DNA from: Octopus vulgaris
Taxonomy: Eukaryota
Assembly (NCBI GenBank): GCA_951406725.2
Contig: OX597818.1
Coordinates: forward strand, 117,614,001 to 117,678,000
Direction: 5' to 3'
DNA length: 64,000 nt
Shown in pieces: positions 14,682 to 27,810 of this stretch. Both the position numbers and the translations under genes were made by a program. The notes under the pieces were generated by a model. It searched no databases, was not told the origin of the DNA, and saw only the letters and a program-made list of their open reading frames with translations. The first letter of the stretch is position 1. The number at the start of each line of letters is the position of its first letter.

Positions 14682-15108
14682 GCAACACACACATATAAGT
14701 GTGTATGTGTTTGAATGCATGCACGTATACTTATGCTGCATATGTATAGGGTGTATATATCTGTATGCTCATGCACATGTACATCTAAGCATGCAGCCAT
14801 GCAGAGTGTTATGTGTGTATGCAAGGTGCGCTGCCAAGAACGCATTACCATGTTGATTATGTTCATGTTAAGTTTACTGTTGTTATGATGTGGTGTCTGT
14901 GTGTGCGAATGTGAAGTTGAAGTAGAAGTGTGTGTGTGTGTGTTTGTGTGTGTGTGGGGGTGTGTGTGTGTATGTGCAACGAATAAACACTGATTATGAC
15001 ATTTGTATGCGCTAGGTGTGGTATGTCTGTGTGCGTATGTGTACAGAAACAGACGCACACACATATACATATATAGACATATATACGTATACATACACAC
15101 ATATCTGC

Positions 15109-15148
<40 letters not shown>

Positions 15149-15164
15149 TATGAGTCAGATAGAT

Positions 15165-15207
<43 letters not shown>

Positions 15208-15255
15208 ATGATAGAGAGATAGACAGAATGATAGATAGATAGATATATAGATAGG

Positions 15256-15327
<72 letters not shown>

Positions 15328-15813
15328 CAGACAGATAAATATGTGTATATATACAGTATAAACTTTATATATACCTATAGCTATCTATTTATGTATATAC
15401 ATGTGTGTGTAGAGAGAGAAGTAATTCTCACACACATACACACGTTCATTCTCTTTGTGCGTACATTTGTATGCACGCTTGCGATATTTTGTGTGGGTGT
15501 TTCCCTGCTAGCATAGTGGCATTATTGACAATGGTTTTGCATTTGAAATGGATACAGACCAGAAATACTACTGTGACTCGAACCACCAATCTATTGATTT
15601 TCGGGTATCATCGCCATAGCATGCGCATACGACTTTGTAAAACTGGATATGTCCCACATTGTCCCGATGTCACATTGCGAACACTTACGTGGTTCGTCTC
15701 TAGACGCGAACCTAATGTAGGGTGCACGCGGTAAAGGTCTCCCATATTCGGTTATTTATTGCAGCAGCTTATATATTTATGCGTGCGTGTATAGAAACAC
15801 ACACACATACACA

Positions 15814-15905
<92 letters not shown>

Positions 15906-18117
15906 TGTATATCCATACATACAAAAAGAAACACATATGTCTAATGTGTGTGTAACGTATCTATATACATGTATACACACATACTTATATAGACACACAC
16001 ACATATATTGATACATAGATATATATAGATATATATACATATACACACACATTCATAGATATCTGCCTTTTATTTAGTGTGTATGTCTATACATATTAGT
16101 GTGCATATGTGTGTTTTTGCTTATATATCTCTATCGACCTACCTGCCTACCTACCTACTTACCTACCTACCTACCTACCTACCTACCTACCTACCTACCT
16201 ACCTACCTACCTACCTACCTATCTACCTACCTATCTATCTATGCATTTATATATATATATATATTTGTGTGTGTGATGTGTGTATTTATGCATACGTACA
16301 TTTGTATATATATGTTTTTTTAATCTCTATATTCATGTGTATTCGTGTGTATTCATGTTTCGCTGCATGTAAATTAATCTGTATATATGTGAACATTTTC
16401 ACGTTCAATCAGATAACAGGCTCAATTAAAAACAAAACGACTCTAGTAGTATTTCATTGCATTTTTCCACCCCCACATATCCACATGCATACACACGCAG
16501 ACATGCATCACTTCATAGTCTCATACACACACATATGTATTCATATATATATGTACATATGTATTTATGTATGCGCCAGTTTCTTCAATTTTGATCTGTA
16601 GACTTGTCCACAACTATTTCTGTTGTTTGGCCTTCAAGGCGACCCAGATTGAAGCATTTTTTGTGAGACGTTCACTTGATAATTTGACAGACATGATTTC
16701 AACTATAGCTTACCTAGGAGAGGAAAATGCAATGTGTCATTTGTTATACAGTAATATCATTTCACGCAGTCTTGCAAGGGTCCACATTGTGATCCCATCG
16801 CTGGCCCCTGCCACAGCATATTCCAGTCAATAGTTCTTTAGCTAAGACTTCTGTACAATGTAAATCTTCAATTTACACACACAAACATACACACACGCAA
16901 ATACACACAAATACCCATTGCAGCATGAAGTTTAATAAAACTCAAACACACACGCACACACACACACATACACATGCACACGCACCACCACTCACACACA
17001 CAGGTAACCATTGCGACATAAAGTTTAATAAATGACAGTTTGCACCCGATGAAAAGGCGGAATACACTATAAGTTATGAAATTCTTTTATAGTCCTCATA
17101 TGTTTTTTCCATATTTGAAACGTGCGTAGTGCTTAACTGCATTTTCCATTTTCTTTTATTCATATATTTCTCTAAAACATACATCGCAAAATATGTTCGC
17201 CTTGAATCATGGGTTGTAAATCAATTGCCATCTTATCAGGATTACTTTATTAATTTTGATATATGGGAAGAAGTGTATCTTTTATATAAATTAATAAATT
17301 TAGTGATCGGTTATTTTTCTCCTTCGGCTATATTGTATACAAGCCATATATATGCTAGAAGCTAAGTAAGTATTGGCCACGTTCAACTGAATCTTATTCA
17401 ACTGGCACACACGCACACACAGAGTAAATCCCCCCCCCAAAAAAAAAAACAAGAAAAAACACAAAAAAAAAAATCAACAATGAGTGGACGTGATACATGC
17501 AATGTATTAGCAGACACTCAGGGAAGGTAAGAAAGGTGGTTTTACGTTTCGAATAAAGCTCTTTTTCAGAAAAAGGAGACAGAGAAAGCTCCAAGAGAAA
17601 AGGAAGTGGAAGGAAAAAATGTGTTAACATTTTGAAATGTATATATATATATATACACCAAATTGCAGGTTACATAAGTTTCTTAGCTAGCTGATCCTTT
17701 GGTGTAATAATTACTGAAATAAATGTATCAGATTAAGCTAATCCTCAAGCCGAGGGTGTCTTAATTGAATGTTACATTGTCGCTTGAATTTTCCGAGTTA
17801 ACTTACGGCAGATGTGAGTTAAAATGAACTGGATTCGTTGATCGTATCAGCATGAAGGTTCTGAGGTATTCAGAGGCCTTCATCATACATGCGCTCGCAT
17901 ACTTTGTTTGATATGTATGCCCCTTTACTCATTTACCCTCCTATATATGTACCCCCATATCGAATACTGAGAATGAGTGCTGAACCAGGCATTCGCGCAT
18001 CAATATTTTTCATTTGAGGGTTAACAAGACTATCAATGGTTTCATAACCAAGGAATCTTTTGAACAATGGTCAAGCTTGACACATGGCAGCATTGGTACT
18101 CGTCTCCATTTTGTATA

Positions 18118-18162
<45 letters not shown>

Positions 18163-18166
<4 letters not shown>

Positions 18167-18255
18167 TAATCCTTCGACTGTCGCTGGTGTTGCGTTCCAT
18201 AATCTTCCGCGATAGATGAAAATCTGCGGAGTAGAAACAGTACTGTACTGTATAT
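18163..18255. mobile_element. Tigger/pogo-like terminal fragment
   Basis: TA followed by CAGTAATCCTTCG..., resembling Tigger TIR starts; abuts a (TA)n tract. Confidence 0.45.
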
Positions 18256-18324
18256 TTTATTTTATTATTTCTATAATTTGTATATATTTATCTTATTATA
18301 AATGCAAAATGTTCTAAAATTAAT

Positions 18325-19230
18325 ATTGATTTCAAATTTTGCCACAAGGCCAGAAATTTGGGGGAGAGGGCAATCCGATTGCATCGACCCCAGTACTCAA
18401 GTGGTACATAATTTATCGACCCCGAAAGTACGAAAGGCAAAGTCGACCTCGGCGGAATTTGAACTCAGAACGTAACTGATGGACGAAATTCCACCAAGAA
18501 CGTGTCTAACGATTCTGCTTGCTCGATATCTTAAAATTAATAATAGTAATAACAATAGACATTCGCAACATTGTTATTATGATAGATCTGAGAGTTACAA
18601 AAAAAAGTGTTGTACGTTTTTTCGGACTCTCTGCGTTCTGAGTTCAAAACCTAGGGAACTTTTCCGTAAAAATGGAAGAGAAAAAAAAATCTTATAATCC
18701 ATTCGATTACAAAAGAAATTCCAATCTAACGTCAGTGCCAATGATTCGACTTATCCTCTCCTCCACATTGCTAATTTCTGCCAAAATCATCGTCATCATG
18801 ATCGGTATTATCATTAAGGCAGTCTAAATCGTTAGCACACCGGACAAAATTCTCAAAGGCATTTTGTCCGTCTTTACGTTGTGAGTTCAAATTTCGCCGA
18901 AATTGATTTTACATTTGCTCTTTTCGGAGCCGATAAAATAAGTAACAGTTGAATAATGGACTCGATGAAATCGACTTATCTCCACCTCTAAACTTGCTGG
19001 CCTTGAGTCAGTATTAGAAAACATTATCAAGGCGGCGTGCTGGTAGAATCGTTAGCACACGGGACGAAATGCTTAGCGGGATTTCGTCCGATTTTACGTA
19101 CTGAGTTCCAATTCTACCGATGGCTTTCAAGGTCGATAGACTGAGCATGCATCAGGCACGTACTGGGGTCGATATAATGAACTTACCGCCAACCCCTAAA
19201 GTTTTAGGCCTTATGCCATCAATAGAAGTG
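18325..19230. mobile_element. SINE family B copies (18325-18535 minus, 18815-19020 plus, 19028-19230 plus)
   Basis: Head 'ggcggcg.gctgg.agaatcgttagcac' and core motif as at 37331. Confidence 0.85.
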
Positions 19231-19359
19231 ATTGTTATACATAATGTATCTTTGGAGTATTTTATTTTAAACTCGAAAAGTCGTGTATTTTGGAGACTTA
19301 GTCGTTCTCACTTGCAGTTCGTGACGACTACATTGAGGCTTCTTCGCAGACAACAGTAA

Positions 19360-19685
19360 AAACAGGAGCGCTCAGGGAGCGCAAACCTCCGACAAGGCAA
19401 CACCAACATCCTCTCAACGATTGCTCGGAGATGATTTTTTAAATGAGAATATCTGAAATTAACTCCATTACTCTCACAAATGAGAATACTAAAAACGAAT
19501 ATGACTGCTCTCAAATTCTATGCAAAAGAACCCCACAGAAAACAGGAAAATAATTCAGAATCCTTGTCCGGTACCAGATTGATCTCAAAATCTAATCGGT
19601 TCCTGCTAGTCACAGGGCTAAATATCCCTGATAGTTTCACCCGAATCCAACCAGCTGTTCTTGAGATATCTGAGATATGTTGTCC
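19360..19685. mobile_element. Non-autonomous element, possibly Helitron/Helentron-like (copy 1)
   Basis: Reverse-complement homolog of 26480-26788; end 'gagcgctcagggagcgcaaacctccgacaaggc' resembles Helentron-associated element ends. Classification tentative. Confidence 0.55.
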
Positions 19686-19832
19686 CCGGACAAACAAACA
19701 AATAAACCAACAAAATAACAAACAACCACGACTGCAAAAAAAAAAAACAAACAAAAAACCTCTGCAGTAACGTAAACACACCAACATCAGTTGTCAAGTT
19801 ATGGTGGGGAGACCGACACATACACACACATA

Positions 19833-20233
19833 TACTCTTACTCTCTTTTACTCTTTTACTTGTTTCAGTCATTTGACTGCGGCCATGCTGGAGCACCGCC
19901 TTTAGTCGAGCAAATCGACCCCGGGAATTATTCTTTGTAAGCCCAGTACTTATTCTATCAGTCTCTTTTGCCGAACCGCTAAGTGACGGGGACGTAAACA
20001 CACCAGCATCGGTTGTCAAGCAATGCTAGGGGAACAAACACAGACACGCAAACACACACATATACATATATACGACAGGCTTCTTTCAGTTTCCGTCTAC
20101 CAAATCCACTCAAAAGGCATTGGTCGGCCCGGGGCTATAGCAGAAGACACTTGCCCAATATGCCATGCAGTGGGACTGAACCCGGAACCATGTGGTTGGA
20201 TAGCAAGCTACTTACCACACAGCCACTCCTGCA
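19833..20233 (-). mobile_element. SINE family A, full length
   Basis: tRNA-like head (A box TGGCTGTGTGG, B box GGTTCAGTCCC), CORE-like 'ttgggcaagtgtcttct', internal TA/TG microsatellite, 3' stem-loop and (GTAAAAGA)n tail. Confidence 0.9.
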
Positions 20234-20296
20234 TATGTTTATGTATTCGTTTTGCAACATTCTTGATGTGAAACCGTGTATTAAAACATATATTGT

Positions 20297-20702
20297 TGTA
20301 TTTAGCAATGGTCATGTTGCCAGTTTAGCCAATAAAAACACAAGCACACGCACTATATATTTGGTGTTAATTTGCTTCAGCTTTATTTTATTTTTTACAT
20401 TAATCGTATTTCGGCCAGAGTTCTCTCGTCACACTTCTGTGACCTCATCAGTGTTCCTTTGCTTTCTCCTTTCTTATTTGTGTGTCTTTCCTTACTACCA
20501 ATCAGCCATTTTGTCTGATAAGACAAAATAAGAAAGGAAAAAGCAAAGGACCACTGATTGAGGTCACAGAAGTGTGGCGAAAGAACTATGGCTGAAATAC
20601 GATTAATGTAAAAAATAAAATGAAACTGAAGCAAATTAACACCAATTATATAGTGCGTGTGTTTTATTGGCTAAACTGGCAACATGACCATCCCCAAATA
20701 CA
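20297..20702. repeat. Fold-back element (arms about 185 bp) with hammerhead-like motifs; Penelope pLTR-like
   Basis: 'atggtcatgttgccagtttagccaataaaa' pairs with 'ttttattggctaaactggcaacatgaccat'; CTGATGA...CGAAA on minus at 20409-20451. Confidence 0.8.
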
Positions 20703-20743
20703 AAAATACATACATATATACATACATACATATATATATATAT

Positions 20744-20896
20744 ACGACAGGCTTCTTTCAGTTTCCGTCTACCAAATCCACTCACAAGTCTTTGTTCGGC
20801 CCGCGGCTATAGCAGAAGACACTTGCCCAAGTTGCCACGCAGGGGGACTGAACCAGGAACCATGAGATTGGGAAACAAGCTTCTTACCACACTGCC
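20744..20896 (-). mobile_element. SINE family A, 5' half
   Basis: Matches 20075-20233. Confidence 0.85.
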
Positions 20897-21334
20897 ACAT
20901 GAATAAGATGTGTGTGTGTATACCAGTGACAGTGAGTCTAAGATATAAATATGATAACGATAAACACATAGACATCAGGAAAAGAGAAGACACTGTTAAG
21001 TATGAGAGAACCCAAGGAAGAGAGTTAAAGAATCAAAGTAAGTCTATAAAAGATTACAAAGAAAAGGGCCGGAGAGTGCAGGAATGCAGACATGGAAATG
21101 AAGAGAAATTCTTGACAAAGAAAGCAGCAGTGAAAACGAAATTCAATGTTATGGCAAAGTCCCGCATTCTTCACATACGTCCGACAGCCTGCTATCATGG
21201 AAGCAACTAGTGTCAGGAACTCCTCTGTGTTTCTCGCTTTCTCTCTCTCTCTCTCTCCCTCAGTTATTCAATTTCTCTCTCATTCATTGATTCACTCACT
21301 CACTCATTTTTTATGTGTATCATGCCCCTCTATT

Positions 21335-21745
<411 letters not shown>

Positions 21746-22214
21746 AGATTCTCTCTTAAATTCATTCACTCCTGCACTGTATACCTCCCTCTCAAAATCT
21801 AATCGAAATCGAGCATTCTCTTGCGTTTAATATGCCTGCCTGCCTGCCTGACTGACTGCCTATATGTACGTTTGTACGTCTGTACGTATGCGCGTATATA
21901 TGTCTGCCTATATATATAAATGCATGCCTTTCTCTCGTTCGGCCTTTCTTTCTCTGAGCTTTTTACTTTTCACTCCCTGCTTCGTTACCAATGTGTGTGT
22001 GTGAGTCTTTATATGTGTGTGTGTGTGTGTGTGCGTGTGTGTGTGTGTATGCACATGTTTGTGCCTGTGTGTGTGTGAAGTGTATATTCTCATTTATTCA
22101 TTATATTGGGACATCCCATTTTTCATTTTCTTTCACTTCTAGAATACACACTTAAAATAATATGCATACATACATACATGCACATATATATACACATATA
22201 TACACATATACACC

Positions 22215-22263
22215 TATATCGGTTGTCAAGCGATAGTGGGAGTGGGGCAAACACATAAACACA

Positions 22264-22337
<74 letters not shown>

Positions 22338-22497
22338 TACGATGGGCTTCTTTCAGTTTTCGTCTACCAAATCTACTCGCAAGGATTTGGTCGGCCCGAT
22401 ACTATAGTACAAGACACTTGCCCAAGGTGCCATGCAACGGGATTGAACACAGAACCATGTGGTTCGGCAGCAAGCCTCTTATCACACAGCCACGCCA

Positions 22498-22499
<2 letters not shown>
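22215..22499 (-). mobile_element. SINE family A, 3'-truncated, internal (TA)n expanded
   Basis: Head and body match other copies; long (TA)n at 22267-22331. Confidence 0.85.
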
Positions 22500-22533
<34 letters not shown>

Positions 22534-22662
22534 GTAAATAATATATATATATACATATATCCATGTATATATAAGTATAGGACGTCACCAACAGTTCAAA
22601 CAACATGAAATACGTAAACAACGATAAGCATTGGAGAACAGGACAAGTAAACACATTTCGAG

Positions 22663-22695
<33 letters not shown>

Positions 22696-22994
22696 GTATG
22701 TATATACATATGTATGTATATTTGTTCACGTCATGCATAACTTAATAGCACCATCTAATAGGATTAGCTAAATCCTTTTTAAGTGAAGGTTTGTGGTGTC
22801 ATGGACCATTGGAGTAGGGAGTTCCTGTTGGGTGAGTTGTATCCACTTATATGTGGCTTATTTGGTATTCCCTGAAGAAATTTGTCCAGATTCCGTTTAA
22901 AGGTGATGGGATCCTTTTTCTCTTTGATCTGTTTCTGGACAATGTTAAATGGGGTAGAGCGAGGACATACACAAATGCATACCTACATACATAC

Positions 22995-23036
<42 letters not shown>

Positions 23037-23511
23037 CGTTGTGCAGGGGCCACATTCTGCCTTCGGTGTTAGGATTCGTTTTTATGATTTGTTTCGTGCA
23101 GCAAGGGTCAGTACCTCTGTTTCTGCTTATAAGCCGGAGCTTTTACACCATGGCTGACTTTCTCTTTCATTTCTTTCTTTCCCCATCGAGTCGTGCAGAA
23201 TACCGGAAATGAAGTTGACTCCATTTCTTTTTGACTATGTTTTGTAAATTTGCTTGCATATATATATTTTTTTTTGGCATGTTTTAACATTGTTTTTGTC
23301 TTGTAGTTATCGAAATTTTCAGTATCTACTTTGTAATTTTATCTCCTTCTCGTGAATAAAGTTGTTTTATTACATTTATAATACTTGCATTCTTTGTTTG
23401 TGATTGTTCGGGGCCCAACTTTTATTTTGGCTTTTGTTGTCGTTACTACAACAACAACTACTACTACTACAATTTGCCGCTCCTAAAATTATTACTATTG
23501 CTATATGTATA

Positions 23512-26445
23512 TTTTAAAAGGATTGACGTGACTCCTTACAAAAGTAAATAGACAATATTATGAAGATTGTTATGCCATTGCAATAGATATTTCATTGGTT
23601 TGAACGATGCGATATTTCGACAGTTTACCTGTCTTTGTCGAGTTCAAAAACGTAATACCTATGTATCACTCTTCATTTCGAACTCGACAATGACAGGCAA
23701 GCTTTCGAAATATCACATCATTGCAATCACATCACGCTTTTCGTAACGTCTATTTACCTTTGTGAGGTGTTATGTCAATCCTTTTAAAATAACAAAACAA
23801 GTAGATTGAGATGGTTGATTTTATGTTAAACCGATGAATTGGAATATTTAGGAATTCTAAAGATTACTCAAACAGTCGGGTGTCTAAGGAAAATCGTATT
23901 TATAAGTTGCAGCTTTTGCGTTTTATACTTTCTTACAGTTGGTTTGTCAGCCCTGTTAGTTTCACTAGACACCAGTGTTGAGCCAAATCCTGGGCCACTG
24001 GATTCTGTACCATTCAAATACGAATCACAATATAAGAAACCAACATTTCTATTCGTTAAACAGCTTAATCGTTTCCGTGCTAAAATCCAAAGCGTTTTAT
24101 CATTTCTGGATATATGCAGTCTAGAATAGATTATAACTGAAGGTCTTACATTAAATATAATAATGTGTGATTCATTATTTCAAGATTATAAATTGATTGG
24201 TGAGAGCAATTCATTTCACGTATTGGAAGATCTTATTGAACAACATCATTCAAAATTAATATTGCTTGGTGCAGGCATTAAGGAGAATTTGGGTGTCCTT
24301 GTACAGGTATGTTCTAAAAATCGCTTCAGCTAACTGTGTAATTGTTTGATGAACATTGCAAAAAGAAAATTTCGTCCCTGAAGACGAAACAGGAAAAGAA
24401 ACTGAAAAGACTGGTTTCTCATTCCTCTGAGCCAATAGGCAAGGGAACATTTTGGTTGAGAACATTTGCTTTGAAATATGAGGAGAAGTTGTTTTTACTT
24501 TCGGGACAACTGTTATGCGACAAACCTATTCATGCCGGGCTGAAAATCATAGCGGAAAATTTTCCTGAAATTCCAATACAACCAACCGAAAGCAAAGGTT
24601 TGTCAAATGCCAACAAAAACCACAGAAGTCACTCACTTTCTATCAACCACCCAGAAATGGATTACTCCTAGAAAGACGACTAAAAATTATAACTTCTCAC
24701 ACGAACATTCAGAACAATTTTATCACCCAATAGGTTCCATGTTTTAGTGAAGAATTCGAGCAAAACTCAAAGGGTAGTCAGGAATCTAATTAAAGTAAAA
24801 CTGGAAAGCACTTGCTCAAGAAAATCCATCACACTAGAGAATAAGGTGATCATAAATTTATCTAAAGTCAAAAGGACTGAGTTTTTGTCCAAGCACTAAG
24901 AATTTCGACGAAAATAATCTAGCTCAGGGGCTATTTCCGTTTGTCCGCCGTCACGAGCTGAAGGAATACTTTTTCGAAAAAGTGATAATGAGGTGTCACA
25001 AAACCCTATGCTTACTGAAAATTGAAATTATGATGATCGATTCTGGTATAACTGGATTTTAAAAAAATCCCAACTGGTATCCAGATAAAGTTCGGGATGG
25101 ACGTTCACAAGCACCTCAAAGATACCCAGAGTTACGCACTCCACAGTCTAGCTAATGATAATTCTATTGTTATTAAAATGGCGGATAAGGGATGCGCTAA
25201 TGTAATTCTGAACAACAGTGAGTATATTTCGGGTTGTGAAAACTTCATATGAAGAAGTACTTGTCGATCCAAGAAAGGAACTTGGCAATTGATTCCTGAA
25301 ATGGAGGAAACAATTTCATTACTAAGGCTGAATCCAGGATTTTACTGTCAGAAAAAAAAACCCACTTGTATTATATGATCTCCCCAAACAACACAAATTG
25401 CTTGAAAGATTTCCTCCACTGCACCCACTAAGTTTAGCAAGGAAAGTCAAATTTTCATGCATAATTTTAACAAAAAAATTGAAATATGTGACAGTATTCC
25501 TTTAGTGATTAACTGGCTCCGTAATTTCGCTGGCATTTCAAAAGTATTAAATGAAAATTGCCTGCAAGTTGCGGAAAAATAACCTTGTTTCAGACAAATA
25601 TTTCTTCAGCAGCCTATTGTAGCATTTAGACGGAATAAAAATATAAGAGAACTATTAATCTCTACTTCTGTCTCCAAGAAAAATAACATTGGCGTCTCTG
25701 CTCGAGGTAGCTTGAAAAACAACCGCAAGAGAGGTAAACCCTCTACATTGTGCAGCAAGACGAGTCTAGTGGATTCCATCAGGAATCATAACAGAAATGT
25801 TATGATTTATTCGGAAGGTCGGACGTGTGAAGGTCTCCATTTGGTGTACGCAGTAGAATGCATGAAATACAACTTCAGTTAATTTGGTGGTACAACAGAA
25901 CAATTAAACAAAATATTCAATGGGCACAGATATATCGCCAGACACAATAACAGTATTTCGGCAGAACTTGCCGAACATTTTACATCAAACGGCTGCAGTT
26001 TTGAAAAAACCTTGAAAGTGCATATTCTCTGAAAATATTCTGAATCAGCTACACTTTCAGTCTTCAAAATGCATGAGAAATGTTTGTGAGTTATTAACGT
26101 TACACCCTGAAGGAATGAATACAATGTCAGGGGAATTTCATCATATTTTCACAAAACTGTTTGATTAGATATTTTCCTTTGTTCTTTTCATTTTTCTTGC
26201 CTTTTTTTTCTTCTCTTTTTCTTTTTTGTTTGTTCTTTTTTTTTTGCATTTTTGCCGGTTGTAAAATTGAAAATTGAAGATTGATGATATCATTCCGTGG
26301 GAACGCAAGGTGTCCGCGTTCGAAAACTTTTGAATCTCTATATATGACTTGAAATTTTGAGCTCGACAAAGACAAGCAAGCTGTCGAAATATCCATATCG
26401 TTCAAACGAATAAAATATCTATTGCAATCGCATCATGCTCTTCGA
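23512..26445 (+). mobile_element. Decayed Penelope-like retroelement with inverted 5' pLTR pair and deleted RT core
   Basis: Broken ORF motifs: FLDICSLE*IITEGL, KQEKKLKRL, VIINLS, KGLSFCP, IVIKMADKG, YDLPKQHK, PIVAFRRNKNIRELL, and GIY-YIG-like LVYAVEC...FGGTTEQLNKIFNGHR. Hairpin at 23512-23789; its arm sequence recurs at 26356-26445. Confidence 0.85.
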
Positions 26446-26479
26446 ATTATTTATGACTATTTCTATTACTATCATTAAA

Positions 26480-26787
26480 ACTGGACAAGATATCTCAAGA
26501 ACCGCTGGATGAATTCGGGTGAAACTTTCAGGGATGTTTGACCTCGTTTCTGAAATGAACTGATTAGATTTTTGAATCGATTCGGTGCCGGAAAATGATG
26601 CTGGATTATTTTTCCCATTTATTAAATTTAATTTTTGAAAGCAGTCGGGTTCATTTTTAACTTTTTCGTTTGTGAGAGCAGTGGAGTTTATTTCAGATAT
26701 TATCATTTTGAAAATTATCTCTGACTAATCGTTGAGAGGACATTGGTGTTGCCTTGGGGAAGGTTAGCGCTTTCTGAGTGCTCTTGA

Positions 26788-26788
<1 letters not shown>
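26480..26788. mobile_element. Non-autonomous element, possibly Helitron/Helentron-like (copy 2, inverted relative to copy 1)
   Basis: 'gatatctcaagaaccgctggatgaattcgggtgaaact...gattagatttt...gttgccttggggaaggttagcgctttctgagtgctc' matches the reverse complement of 19360-19685. Confidence 0.55.

Positions 26789-26789
<1 letters not shown>

Positions 26790-26878
<89 letters not shown>
26790..26878. repeat. (TTA)n microsatellite
   Basis: Directly visible. Confidence 0.95.
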
Positions 26879-26881
<3 letters not shown>

Positions 26882-27600
26882 TAATCTTATTTTCATCACG
26901 GGATTTCACTGCACTACCGAACGCAACTCTTTGTGCCTTGTGTATGTACTATGGTTCATTGTGGTGCTCTTATTTTCACTGTATTGTAAGTGTTTTACGT
27001 AGAATGTGTACGGTACCATGTATTACAATTTTCTGTATGTTATATATACCTGTCCTGGTGTTTTTGTTATGTATTTGTCTAAATACTTTTTTATCATACA
27101 TAATGCGCCTACTTTGATAGGAATTGTTCCTGCTTTAAGACTCCACATGCGGTTTACCTCTATTTCCAGTTCTTTGCATATTGAAAGTTTCTCCGTTTCT
27201 TTTAGAGAAACATTGTCATCTGTTGGTACAGATACATCTATTAGAAAGCTTTGTCTTTGTGTGTGTGTGATCTCTGATAACTATATCTGGTATATAAGCC
27301 TTGATTTCTCTGTGTGTATTGTCATATCCCAGAGAATGGTTGTTGTCTCATTTTCCGTGACCTTTTCTAGCATGCACCTATACCATCTTTTTTCTGTTGT
27401 TATTCCATAGTGTTGGCGTAGGTTCTAGTGTATATCGGTCTCAACTCTGTCATGTTTGTGAATATATTCCTTCTTTGCCAGAACTGGGCAGCCAATATTA
27501 TTTATTGTTTCTTCTCCATGTCCACATATTCTGCGGTTACTTGTATTTCTTTTCATTACATGTCTTGGGGGATTTCTGGTGGGAAGGCATCTCCTACTTT
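26879..27600 (-). mobile_element. 3' fragment of an R4/Dong-clade non-LTR retrotransposon
   Basis: Minus translation with frameshifts: RICGHGEETI..GCPVLAKKEYIHKHDRV (zinc-knuckle/RHD region), TILWDMTIHT, PDIVIRD, FLIDVSVPTDDNVSLKETEKLS, VNRMWSLKAGTIPIKVGAL; 3' end runs into (TAA)n. Confidence 0.88.
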
Positions 27601-27619
27601 TTCAGTTATCTTTTGGCAT

Positions 27620-27810
27620 CTCTAGCTTTGCAGAATTTCACCCGTCTTTTTACGCTCTGAGTTCAAATTCCGCCAGGGTTAACTCTGACTTTCATTCTTT
27701 CGTGGTCACTAAAGTAAGAATCAGTTGAACACTGAGTTCGATTAAATCGGCTTATCCCCACCCTCTCAAAAACTCGCTCCCTTGTTCCAAACATTTGAAG
27801 CCATTATTTC
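27620..27810 (+). mobile_element. SINE family B, degenerate
   Basis: 'tacgctctgagttcaaattccgccagggttaactctgactttcattctttcgtggtc'. Confidence 0.75.

Noticed and set aside
16567-16833. 88-aa plus-strand ORF in unique sequence
   Set aside because: Starts in a microsatellite edge; no recognisable motif.
20013-20531. Recurrent peptides such as [18 protein letters not shown] and TAAMLEHR
   Set aside because: Antisense translations of SINE-A; the CxxC is incidental.
20882-20897. miR-34-like TGGCAGTGTGGT on minus
   Set aside because: It is the A box of a SINE-A head; no precursor hairpin.
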